From positions 1 to 60,330 of the IMG/VR virus record IMGVR_UViG_3300025120_000051: a DNA stretch of 60,330 nucleotides. One strand, given 5' to 3'. Below are positions 24,367 to 33,700 of this stretch, one piece after another. A program made the position numbers and the translations under genes. The stretch's first letter is position 1. Each line of letters opens with the position of its first letter. Source of the stretch: a virus. Its lineage: Duplodnaviria > Caudoviricetes. The notes under the pieces are model-generated. The model ran no database searches. It worked only from the letters and a program-made list of their open reading frames with translations, and was not told the DNA's origin.

Positions 24367-27300
24367 ATGTAGTTGTAAATGGATTAACTGGAGTTCCGTT
24401 AGTAATTATGGTACCAGAAATAAGCCACTTACCTGAGGTTATACATGTTAGTTTTATTCGAGTACCTACAACACCAGTTGTTGTTCCGTTGATACTAATA
24501 GCGCTATAGTTATCAGAATCTTGAGCGCTATAGCCTTTTAAGGTAGTTCCATCTAAAGCATTAACACTACCAACAAATTCCTGGCTTGAAGTACTGTGAC
24601 AAACAATCTTATGTACACCACCAGAAGGAAGTGTTCCTATAACAAATTCAATTTCAAAACCAACAGCTGCGCTTACAGCAATGTTTGGTAAAGTAGTGAC
24701 ACTTGGTGTTGCGCTGTTCATTCGATGAATACCACCTGATTGACTTAGCAAGACTTGTTGAGATGCACTAGATGTATAACTTAAATTTTTTCTAAGACCT
24801 ACAATATTAGCTTTTGTGGTGTTCGTATGACCTATATACGTGCTGTTATTTTCAACATAGTTGTCTACTATACCGTGGCCAATTACTATAGTACCTGATT
24901 TAACCGTGTTTATATTCGACTCAGATCCTATTACTATATTGTCATTACCAGTAGTAATGCTTTTAGCAGTATCAAATCCTATAAATACGTTTCCAGTACC
25001 AGTTGTTACACCACTACCACAACTAAACCCTATAGCTGTGTTTTGGTTTCCGTCAGTAGCAGCTGAATCATAATTAGCAGCGTACAAAGCGTCTTTACCA
25101 ATTGCAACGTTTTGATTATTTGTAGTTGCGGAAAACAAAGCTTGTTTACCTATAGCAACATTAAAACCACCTGTTGTTAAACCTCCAGCAGCATCATGCC
25201 CAACAGCAACATTACTATCACCTGTTGTTATAGCGTTCATAGCACCAACACCAATACCGGTGTTACCTAGTGCTTGGTCTAAAGTTCCTGTTGTGATGTG
25301 ACCTATTATTAATGAGTTTGTAAACTCACCACCTTCTTGAATAAACTGCGGCATATCTGCGGCCCAAACCAAAGCGTTTCCTGAAGCAGGAACCTTTAAC
25401 ACTTGACCTGATGTACCTATAGTACTTGGTAGTTGAAAGTATGTAGATCCACTTGTATCACCTATTTTTAAACTACTTTGTATATATGCATCTTTAAATG
25501 ATAAACTACCAGAACCTAAATCAACACCATTGTCATCATGAGGTAACCAAGCTGTAGTTGCGTTATTACCTATAACAACTGTATTTGCTCCTTTACCTTT
25601 AGCACCAAATCCTATTACTATTTCATTGTCTAACGTTCCAGAAGTACTAGTTCCAGCATTAGCGCCTAAAACAATACATCTACTGTTACTATTAGAATGT
25701 AACACTTCATCATGAAATACTCCACTTGAATCTAAACCAGCTTGAGTGGCACCAGCTTTCCAACCCACAAATGTGTTATAACTAGATTGGTTTCTTGTAC
25801 CAGCGTTAAAACCAATAGCAACTCTACCTTTTACACCACTACTAGCATGTCCCATTGTTAAAGCTTCAGTACCTATAGCAATATCCCCAGCGCCACCGTC
25901 ATTATGTGAATCACCCGCGCCAACTCCAATAGCTATAATATCGTTAGCAGTTGTCACAAACTTCCCAGCTTCCCTACCTATTAAAACATTTTGGGCTCCA
26001 CCTGTTATTGACTTTCCAGCATTATAACCCATAACGGTGTTATCATCACCTGTAGTAAGATCTTCTAATACAGATTTACCAATACCTATGTTTCTTTGAG
26101 CGGCGTCAAGAGTTCCTACGTGAGTACTGTGTCCTATTATTAAACTGTTAGTAAAGTCTGTTCCTCCATTTATAAACGGAATATTACCTAGATCATTAGC
26201 AAAAGCTACAACACCACTACCGTTTGTTTTTAACACCTGACCATTCGTACCATCTGTTATAGGTAAAGAATAAGCTCCATTAATATTTATAGTACCTGTT
26301 GTTTTTATACCTGACGCTGTTGTTTCTAATTTTTTACTATTATCATGGTAAAGCTCTACAGAACCATCAGTGTTTGCAACTATCATGTTTTCAGCATCAA
26401 TCAAAGGGTTTGAATGTGTTGCACCTGATCCTCTTTTACCAATAACAATTTTAGCGCCATCAGAGTGGAAATACATATCACCACCACCAGTTTCTGACAT
26501 AAAGAAATTACCAGCGTCGCTGTTCCATAAACTTGTCTGCATTGCACCTGTAATACCAAAAGTTGCTTTAGAGTCTGGTGGAAATCTAGTTTCAACAGAA
26601 GCAGCTTGACCGCTGTTACTATTGTAAACAGCTGCCGCGCCATCTAAATAAAAGTATTCAGTATGACCACCATTACCATCATCACCCATGAAATACATTT
26701 TACCATCTGATACAGAAGCTCTTAGAAACATTTGACCTCCATTACTATCAATGTAGTTTGCTGTACCATTATGGTATATTTGAAGATCATCTGAATTACC
26801 AAACGTAGCCATAGTATTGTCAGTGAGGTTTAATTTACCATTAGCAGCTGGATTAAAACTAAGTAGTTTACCAGAAGTGTTTGTATATATTTTAAAATTC
26901 TCACCATCACCATCAACTCCAAAAGATTGTTCACCTCTATTTGTCATGTTACCAGTTATAATTCCACCTGTTAAAGGTAGATAACCAGCCGTAGCATGAT
27001 TACCCCAGCTATACGCTGTGTTCCAGTTACTATCGTTGTAACCACTAGCGCCTAATGTTCCACTTGCTATTATGTTTCCATTTGGTAGTTCTAAGTTACC
27101 ACCTAAACTAACAAGTCCAGTACCTGTATATATAGGTAAATTACTATTTGAAAGTTTGATTTGGTTGTTACTGCTTATACCTATTAAACTAGCGGCTGTT
27201 CCATTTGCCATCTTTGACATTAGGAATTCATTGTTATCTAACGTAAGACTACCACCAGATATAATTGTATCTCCTGTAAATGTAACGTTACTTGTTATGT

Positions 27301-27427
27301 AGTTTTTAAATACTCCGAAACTAAAGTTTTTGGTTGCTTTATTAGCACCAACCGCTCCATCAGTTCCTAGTAGCATATCATTATCTGAAAGTACTGTATC
27401 TGTTGTTATTGTATGTATTCTAGGCAT
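24365..27427 (-). CDS. Tail fibre / receptor-binding protein
   Basis: G/T/N-rich; repeated NxAIG beta-roll units (YadA-head-like); GTNGQVLKT linkers. Confidence 0.85.
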   Translation of the reverse strand: MPRIHTITTDTVLSDNDMLLGTDGAVGANKATKNFSFGVFKNYITSNVTFTGDTIISGGSLTLDNNEFLMSKMANGTAASLIGISSNNQIKLSNSNLPIYTGTGLVSLGGNLELPNGNIIASGTLGASGYNDSNWNTAYSWGNHATAGYLPLTGGIITGNMTNRGEQSFGVDGDGENFKIYTNTSGKLLSFNPAANGKLNLTDNTMATFGNSDDLQIYHNGTANYIDSNGGQMFLRASVSDGKMYFMGDDGNGGHTEYFYLDGAAAVYNSNSGQAASVETRFPPDSKATFGITGAMQTSLWNSDAGNFFMSETGGGDMYFHSDGAKIVIGKRGSGATHSNPLIDAENMIVANTDGSVELYHDNSKKLETTASGIKTTGTININGAYSLPITDGTNGQVLKTNGSGVVAFANDLGNIPFINGGTDFTNSLIIGHSTHVGTLDAAQRNIGIGKSVLEDLTTGDDNTVMGYNAGKSITGGAQNVLIGREAGKFVTTANDIIAIGVGAGDSHNDGGAGDIAIGTEALTMGHASSGVKGRVAIGFNAGTRNQSSYNTFVGWKAGATQAGLDSSGVFHDEVLHSNSNSRCIVLGANAGTSTSGTLDNEIVIGFGAKGKGANTVVIGNNATTAWLPHDDNGVDLGSGSLSFKDAYIQSSLKIGDTSGSTYFQLPSTIGTSGQVLKVPASGNALVWAADMPQFIQEGGEFTNSLIIGHITTGTLDQALGNTGIGVGAMNAITTGDSNVAVGHDAAGGLTTGGFNVAIGKQALFSATTNNQNVAIGKDALYAANYDSAATDGNQNTAIGFSCGSGVTTGTGNVFIGFDTAKSITTGNDNIVIGSESNINTVKSGTIVIGHGIVDNYVENNSTYIGHTNTTKANIVGLRKNLSYTSSASQQVLLSQSGGIHRMNSATPSVTTLPNIAVSAAVGFEIEFVIGTLPSGGVHKIVCHSTSSQEFVGSVNALDGTTLKGYSAQDSDNYSAISINGTTTGVVGTRIKLTCITSGKWLISGTIITNGTPVNPFTTT

Positions 27428-27451
27428 GTTTGTTGTTTTATATTATACAGG

Positions 27452-27910
27452 TTATATAACCATGTATTTAGTTTTATTGTTTTTATCTTTGTATGCTTTT
27501 AAGCATCGATTTCTATTAACCTCTGCGCTAACATAGCTAACGTGGATCCAATCTGGGTTTGCAATTGTTCCAAATTCCCATATCATTTGATCAAAGTTTA
27601 AATTGTTTTTGATATATTCATACATATCAGCGTTGCTCATATAAGAATATTTATCATCAATATCCATAGCTTGACCGTTGCAGTGCTGAGATTTTGAGCT
27701 ACCACCAATAGCTTTATTAAGTTCAGGTCCACGATAAAAAGAATTTATCTTTATAGGACCGTTTACGTGAGCTCTAAGAGGTTCGAATACTTTTTCGCAT
27801 AGTAACTCCATGTTTTTAATATGGTCTTCTGTAGGTGTGTTATTTAAACCAAGACGTTTCGCTGTTATGCTATACACGCCTTCCTTCATACTTACATTTT
27901 TACTTAACAT
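27452..27910 (-). CDS. Endolysin, peptidase M15 family
   Basis: INSFYR..LNKAIGGSSKSQHCNGQAMD..WIHVS; start reassigned to MLSKNVS. Confidence 0.9.
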   Translation of the reverse strand: MLSKNVSMKEGVYSITAKRLGLNNTPTEDHIKNMELLCEKVFEPLRAHVNGPIKINSFYRGPELNKAIGGSSKSQHCNGQAMDIDDKYSYMSNADMYEYIKNNLNFDQMIWEFGTIANPDWIHVSYVSAEVNRNRCLKAYKDKNNKTKYMVI

Positions 27911-28127
27911 CTTTCTTTTTTCTGCCTTTTCTAGCTTTACCTTTAATAGCATCGCCTATGTCTCCAGCTTGGTTACCAACTTCTTTTACGGCCTCAGCAA
28001 CATCATTAATCTCAGCTTTAACAGCTTTAACTCTTTTTCTAGCTTCTTTAACAGTTGCAACTACTTTTTCATCTATAGTTGTTTTACTAAATACCCAGTC
28101 CCAAAATACTCTAATTACTTTTTTCAT
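27900..28127 (-). CDS. Small amphipathic/coiled-coil protein next to endolysin
   Basis: MKKVIRVFWDWVF followed by heptad-like region and basic tail. Confidence 0.65.
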   Translation of the reverse strand: MKKVIRVFWDWVFSKTTIDEKVVATVKEARKRVKAVKAEINDVAEAVKEVGNQAGDIGDAIKGKARKGRKKKDVK

Positions 28128-28139
28128 TTTATTTAATTT

Positions 28140-28196
28140 TTAGCAGTTACCACAATAGCCACCACAAATAGGGCAAGCTTCCATTTTGTTTTTCAT
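28140..28196 (-). CDS. Cys-rich micropeptide MKNKMEACPICGGYCGNC
   Basis: Fills the intergenic gap; A-rich leader; 4 Cys in 11 residues. Confidence 0.55.
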   Translation of the reverse strand: MKNKMEACPICGGYCGNC

Positions 28197-28210
28197 TTTA
28201 TTTTTATTAA

Positions 28211-28459
28211 TTAACATTTCCATCTTCTTCTAGCAGCTTTACCTCTTTCACCTGTCCAACCTTTTGATCTTGCACAAAATGATTTTCTACGTTTAGCAGC
28301 TTTACTTCCAGCTTTAACTTTTCCAGTTACAGCTGTTTTTAACTTACTACCAGGGTTTTTCTTTCTATAAGCTTTAACGCCTTTAGCTGTCATACCGGCA
28401 CCTTCTTTAGTAGACCTAAAGTTACGTCCTTTACCTTTTGTAGTTTTTCTAATAGCCAT
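28211..28459 (-). CDS. Basic phage protein (DUF6321-like)
   Basis: NPGSKLKTAVT..RRKSFCARS.G..RRWKC. Confidence 0.7.
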   Translation of the reverse strand: MAIRKTTKGKGRNFRSTKEGAGMTAKGVKAYRKKNPGSKLKTAVTGKVKAGSKAAKRRKSFCARSKGWTGERGKAARRRWKC

Positions 28460-28527
28460 TACTTTTTCTTTTTTAAGCCTTTGCTTTTAACTTTTACTTT
28501 TTTACCTTTTTTACATTTGTAAGCCAT
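28459..28527 (-). CDS. Lys-rich micropeptide, 22 aa
   Basis: MAYKCKKGKKVKVKSKGLKKKK; stop overlaps next ATG. Confidence 0.55.
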   Translation of the reverse strand: MAYKCKKGKKVKVKSKGLKKKK

Positions 28528-28531
28528 GATA

Positions 28532-28705
28532 TTATTTTTTTAGTTTAAATGTTTTGTTGTATGGTACTAAGTTATTAAGCGACTGTCTTCTACCATCACA
28601 TCCACAAGGTATGTTTAAACCGCTAGACACCTTGTCTACGACAGTTTTGATACCTGTCGCTTTAGTGAACTTATGAATACTATCTCCTAAACCTTTAGAT
28701 TTCAT
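28532..28705 (-). CDS. Small protein (GLGD..CGC motif)
   Basis: MKSKGLGDSIHKFTKATGIK..PCGCDGRRQSLN; ATG start chosen. Confidence 0.75.
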   Translation of the reverse strand: MKSKGLGDSIHKFTKATGIKTVVDKVSSGLNIPCGCDGRRQSLNNLVPYNKTFKLKK

Positions 28706-28809
28706 TACTTTTTCTTTTTTGGAACACAATTAGGTACTTTTCTACCACCTTTTTTCTTTGTGCCAACCATCATATATCCTTTCCAGCAAGGACTTTTCTT
28801 TTTTGCCAT
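28705..28809 (-). CDS. Basic micropeptide, 34 aa (CWKGY..VPNCVP)
   Basis: MAKKKSPCWKGYMMVGTKKKGGRKVPNCVPKKKK; stop overlaps next ATG. Confidence 0.7.
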   Translation of the reverse strand: MAKKKSPCWKGYMMVGTKKKGGRKVPNCVPKKKK

Positions 28810-28827
28810 GTTTATATTTTTTTAGTT

Positions 28828-29232
28828 TTAAAACGATGCTTCTTTTCTAACTTCTTCTATTGATTTTTTTATTTCTTGTAAGTCAGTTGGCAACAACAAG
28901 TCTAAACCAGCTTTGAATACTCTTTCTTTTGATCCTTCTTTGAATATTATAATAGTAGGTGCCATACGTACTCTGTACCTTTTCTTAGCTTCTGGTGCAT
29001 CGGCTATGTTTACCCTATAGTAAGGTACATCTAACTTAGCCCACTCAGCAAAGCAATTTTCTTTATTAAACTCTGCCCAAAACTCTACCACAACAATGTC
29101 TTTTTCTTCAAAACCGTCACCGTTGATAGCTTTGTTAAAGTTAGCATCATTAACCCAGTATTTTTCAGGCACATCTGACTGTGCGTAAATGTTTAAACTT
29201 AATAATATTAAAATAAATTTAATTAATTTCAT
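28828..29232 (-). CDS. Exported thioredoxin-fold protein lacking canonical CxxC
   Basis: Signal peptide; VVVEFWAEFNKENC; cis-Pro loop YRVRMAPTIIIFKEG. Confidence 0.75.
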   Translation of the reverse strand: MKLIKFILILLSLNIYAQSDVPEKYWVNDANFNKAINGDGFEEKDIVVVEFWAEFNKENCFAEWAKLDVPYYRVNIADAPEAKKRYRVRMAPTIIIFKEGSKERVFKAGLDLLLPTDLQEIKKSIEEVRKEASF

Positions 29233-29234
29233 GG

Positions 29235-29519
29235 TTATCTGTTTTTTTGCATTTCATATAATCTTTCATCTAGCTTTTCTAGCTTGTCTAGAATCATATC
29301 AACATCTTCTTGCGTATCCATTATTGTTTGTCTTATCAATTCGTCCTTTAAATCGTACTCAACTCTTTCTATTGGTGGGTGAGGAAGCTCCATAGCGCGA
29401 GCTATATCTGCCTGCATAACGAAATACATACTTGATAATGATATGGTAAAACCAACCACCATACCTATAGTTTTTAAATCTAGAGTTACCTTTGTTTTCT
29501 CTCCTATTTCGTTTGCCAT
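29235..29519 (-). CDS. Single-pass membrane protein with C-terminal coiled coil
   Basis: Hydrophobic residues ~17-35, then heptad-rich tail. Confidence 0.7.
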   Translation of the reverse strand: MANEIGEKTKVTLDLKTIGMVVGFTISLSSMYFVMQADIARAMELPHPPIERVEYDLKDELIRQTIMDTQEDVDMILDKLEKLDERLYEMQKNR

Positions 29520-29523
29520 TTTT

Positions 29524-30741
29524 TTATTTTAAAGTGTAGTTTAATCCTATTGATGTATTGAATAATTCGCTATCCCACATTTTAGCATATTCACCTTCGA
29601 TAAATATACCTAAGTTTTTATTTATTTTCCAACCAAGATTTATTCCAGCATTGTAATCTTCCCACTGTTGTAATTCTGAGTCCTGTACTAAACCTCCTTT
29701 ACCCCAATTGTTTCTATTAAGGTAACTAACGGCTTCGTCTCCTTTTATATATTTGTGATAAGGTAGTATATAATTTGCGTATGCATGAAGCCAGAAACTA
29801 TTTTTGTAGTGGTAAAAATCAACTCCGACAATAGGTGCAATTTCACCAAAAGCATCTAACAAGTCCCATTGCTCTCCGTTGTATCTATTCATTAGATCTG
29901 TAAACACAGTTTCTCTAAACTCTAAATCACTATCAGCTACTCTGTTTCCTTCTTCATCAATCCAATACCAATCACTAGTTTCATTACCAGCTTCATCTGT
30001 AGATGTGTAGTATATATCATCATAACCATATTCAAAACCTAGCGTATACCACGGGTTGACTGGGTATTCATATTCATTACCTTGTGAATCAGTGTATACT
30101 TCTGTTTCGTTTAACCATATTTCTACTGGATTATAACCGTAAGCTCTATCGTGTGTACGGTATATTGCACCTGCAGATATACTAAACTTTTCACCAAGAG
30201 GTAATCTAGCTCTTACTTCTGCTGATTGATATTTTAGGTTTATCTTAGAAACCTCTCTTGATTCTGCTTTTACAATGTGATATTTACCTGTATGCTTTAA
30301 AAAGAATCTATGATTTTCAAACATCTCGCCTCTCCATCTTTCTTTTTCTACATGAAATTGATATTCTAAACCTTTAAAAGCAGATGTAGGTGCGGAAAAA
30401 GCTAATTGATTTTCTGTACCGTCGTAAAAGTTTTTAGGTTTTCTTTCATAGCTAAATCTAGCTAGTTTTCTTATACCAAAACCTAACCTATAATCAAAAG
30501 GATAGTCAGGAGTATCATCTACCACAACCGGTATATCATATAGTCCATCACCCTCGCCAGTTCTTACAAAAAATACGTTCTCATTTGCTTCTATAGAATT
30601 AGAAACATCAGCAGCTCCGTATATAGTACCGTACTTTATAAAGTCTTGGTATAAAGATTTAAATAAGTTTTTCTTTTCTTCAATTTGTGCAGAAGAAGTT
30701 AGGGTTGATAGTAAGAGTACTATAAATAGCAATTGTCTCAT
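29524..30741 (-). CDS. Exported protein, probable outer-membrane beta-barrel
   Basis: Signal peptide (..TSSA/Q); alternating aromatic beta strands; terminal strand TSIGLNYTLK. Confidence 0.6.
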   Translation of the reverse strand: MRQLLFIVLLLSTLTSSAQIEEKKNLFKSLYQDFIKYGTIYGAADVSNSIEANENVFFVRTGEGDGLYDIPVVVDDTPDYPFDYRLGFGIRKLARFSYERKPKNFYDGTENQLAFSAPTSAFKGLEYQFHVEKERWRGEMFENHRFFLKHTGKYHIVKAESREVSKINLKYQSAEVRARLPLGEKFSISAGAIYRTHDRAYGYNPVEIWLNETEVYTDSQGNEYEYPVNPWYTLGFEYGYDDIYYTSTDEAGNETSDWYWIDEEGNRVADSDLEFRETVFTDLMNRYNGEQWDLLDAFGEIAPIVGVDFYHYKNSFWLHAYANYILPYHKYIKGDEAVSYLNRNNWGKGGLVQDSELQQWEDYNAGINLGWKINKNLGIFIEGEYAKMWDSELFNTSIGLNYTLK

Positions 30742-30758
30742 TGTTCGCTTGTTTTAAT

Positions 30759-30786
30759 TATTATTACTTGTTTTAAATCTATTTTA
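30759..30786 (-). promoter_or_regulatory. Putative middle/late promoter TAAA-N15-GTAATAATA
   Basis: Directly upstream of the barrel-to-endolysin operon. Confidence 0.6.
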
Positions 30787-33700
30787 ATTTTTTTTACGCC
30801 TAACATTAACTCTTCGTCTACTTTTTGTTCTAGAGTTCGATTTAACCCTGCGTACTTCTTCTGGGCGCATAGAATCATATAGCTTTTCAAGTTGTTCATC
30901 TGAAAGACCTAGCTCCCATTCACTCCAACCTGACAACAAAGCTGCTTTAGCCCACATTTCGTTATCTTCGTCCATAGCATCTTGAACATTTTTCATCTTC
31001 TTAAGTATTCTATCCACTGGTAGATTAGCTGTAGCTGACAACACTTGAGCTCCAGCCATGTAAGCTGGATTGTCTAAACCAAATCCACCTTCTTTCATTT
31101 CATCTAAATCGTAATCTAAAGATCTAAACGCGGATCTTACTTTAGTAACTTTAGATGATATAGGTGGCGCAAAGTCTAACGTTTCCCAAGCGGCATTTTC
31201 GTACTTTGGATTACCTTTAGAATGTTCTTGTGATAACTTAAATAAAACGTTTTTAACTGTAGACACCGCAGCACCGCCAATTCCAAGCCCCCTTAATTGA
31301 GAATCAAGCATACCGTTTATCATATTTGATGATTTATCAATAATCTGTTGTTGATCATCAGGGTCTTCGTCAAACCCAATAGCAAACATTGCTTGTTGTA
31401 AAGTGTTAAATATAAGGTTTTGCACAAAGCCATAGTATATTATTTTAGATAAATTACTTTTTGCATCTCCTCTCCCGTTAGCTAAATCTTGTATTGCTCT
31501 TTTTTGTAATCTAGTATACTGCATTGGTGTGTTAGCAAAAGCTAAAACAACTCTACCTAAACCAGAGGCTTGTTGCGCTGATATTCTATCAGGTCTACTA
31601 GACTGTTGAGACTCTTCGGTTATTTCTCTAAAATCTCTAAAAGCTTTTTCTTTAGCTTTAACCTCTGACAAACCTTCTTTTAAGTAGCTATTTATTCTGT
31701 TTCTATAAAAAGAAGCACCACCACTAGATATTGCAAAACTATCAGCGCCTCTTGTCATTACAAAACCTTTGTTAAGTAAATAAGATATAGCTCCTTTAAC
31801 ACCACCTCTACTAGACATGTCTGCTATTTCTGATTCGTTAATATTTATCTTTAAACCATCACGCCTTTGCACTAAGTAATCTGAATTAAACAACTCTTTG
31901 AAATCTTTCCAATATTGTTTTTGATTACCAAAAGCTTTAGCTGCTGCTAAAGGGTTGTTATCTTTGAAGTTTACGTAGTTTATAGCTGATATAGTTTGTA
32001 GTACGGCTGATCTAGAGTTTAAGAACATAATAGCACCAACAGAGTTGTTTGTCCAGTCTAACACTTCGTTTTCTAGTCTTTGGAATACTCCACCTAGCTT
32101 TTTTCTGTTAGAACCACTTTCCATTCTTTGTAGTATATTTTCTAAGGCTTTTCTAGCATTACCACCATATGCTGCTTCATACTTATTTAGGTTTGCTTCA
32201 GAAAAAATTTCATTTTTATTTTCAATCCACTGTTGAAGATGTTTTTTTCTTTTAGTTGTATTAATACCTTCTATCATATCAGTAGTAATAGTTCCGGCTA
32301 ACCAACCAACTCCAGGTTTAGTGTAAGCATCTCCTTTGTGAATAAGCATTAATCTATCAGCAAAGTCTTTTAAATCTTTGTTTGATTTAACAAATCCATC
32401 TATTTGTTTTAAATCTCTTTTAGATATACCAGGTATTTCCATTTTTTGCTTATTCCAAATATAAACTCTTAAAGCTTGTTCTTTTGTATAACCAGCAGCT
32501 GCACCTTCTTTTAACTTATCTCTCAAGCCTTTTGGTACAGATTTGATTTCTTTTTTTAAAGCATGAAAATCTTTCATTAACTGATGCCTTTCTTTAGTTA
32601 TTGCATTTTCACCTCTAGCGTATGGATCTAGTAAGTTTGTTTTGTACCATGCCATTTGAGCATCTCCGGTTTTACCCTTACCTAAAGTAGGGTAAATTAA
32701 GCCCACAAAGTCTTCAGCAGTTGGTGGGATCCAAAATTTAAACTTACCCTTAGTAGCGCCTGCTACCTCACCTTTTGCTTTGCTATACACTTTCTCAGCT
32801 CCAATACCAGTTTTGTTTTCTAAAACATTATTAAACTCTTTACCAAGATCTCTACTCATTAAAGCTTGTTGAACTTCAGATTTAACATCTAGGTTTTGTA
32901 AAATATCTTTAACAGCTTTAACATTTTTAATTGCATCATCAGCAAAGTAAAAATCATTATAACCCTCTATATATTTATCTTTAACCCAATCAGCCTTCGC
33001 TTTTGCTGCTCCGTTCTCAAGTCCAGTTATATTTTCTATAGGAATTTCTAATCCAACACCTTTTAAAAATTTGTTAATAGCTATAGCGGATGCTTGAGGT
33101 CTAGCTGTTAATACAAATATATTCTTATTCCCAAACTTACCTTCTCTTTTGACAGCTAAATCAAACAAAGGCCCTTTCTTACCATCAATAACCTTGTTAA
33201 ATTCTGAAAAATCATACTTAGCACCTTGCTTTGTTAGCTTAGCATCTTGTTTAGCAAACTCTGTTGCGTTTATTTTAAACTTATTACCATTAGGCATGGT
33301 AACAATTATTTGACTATTAGTTCTAGCTAAAGTGTCATCAAAATCAAAAATACTTATACCTCTTTTTTCTTTTTTTCTGTTTCTACCTTCTTGCAGTATC
33401 TTATCAAGCCTGTTTGCATCTACTATTTTTTCTAAGTTTTTAGCCTGTTGCTTGTATTCAGAAGACATTATCTCTTGATATAACGTCTTTTTAAATTTAC
33501 TACTAACACTATATATGTTTTTAGCTAGCTCTAGGTTTTGCCCAAATCTAAATATATCAGCATTACTAGTTCTAGCGTCTATTGTTTCTCCTTTTGAGTT
33601 TTTGATAAAGTCTATCATATTAAATTCAGCTAATCTTCCATAAACACCTCTGTATTTACTCAAGCTTTTACCACCTTCAACACCCCACATGTTTTCAGCA

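Noticed and set aside
27433-27470. Possible late promoter upstream of the tail fibre gene (GTATAATA)
   Set aside because: Does not fit TAAA-N15-GTAATWATA in spacing or sequence.
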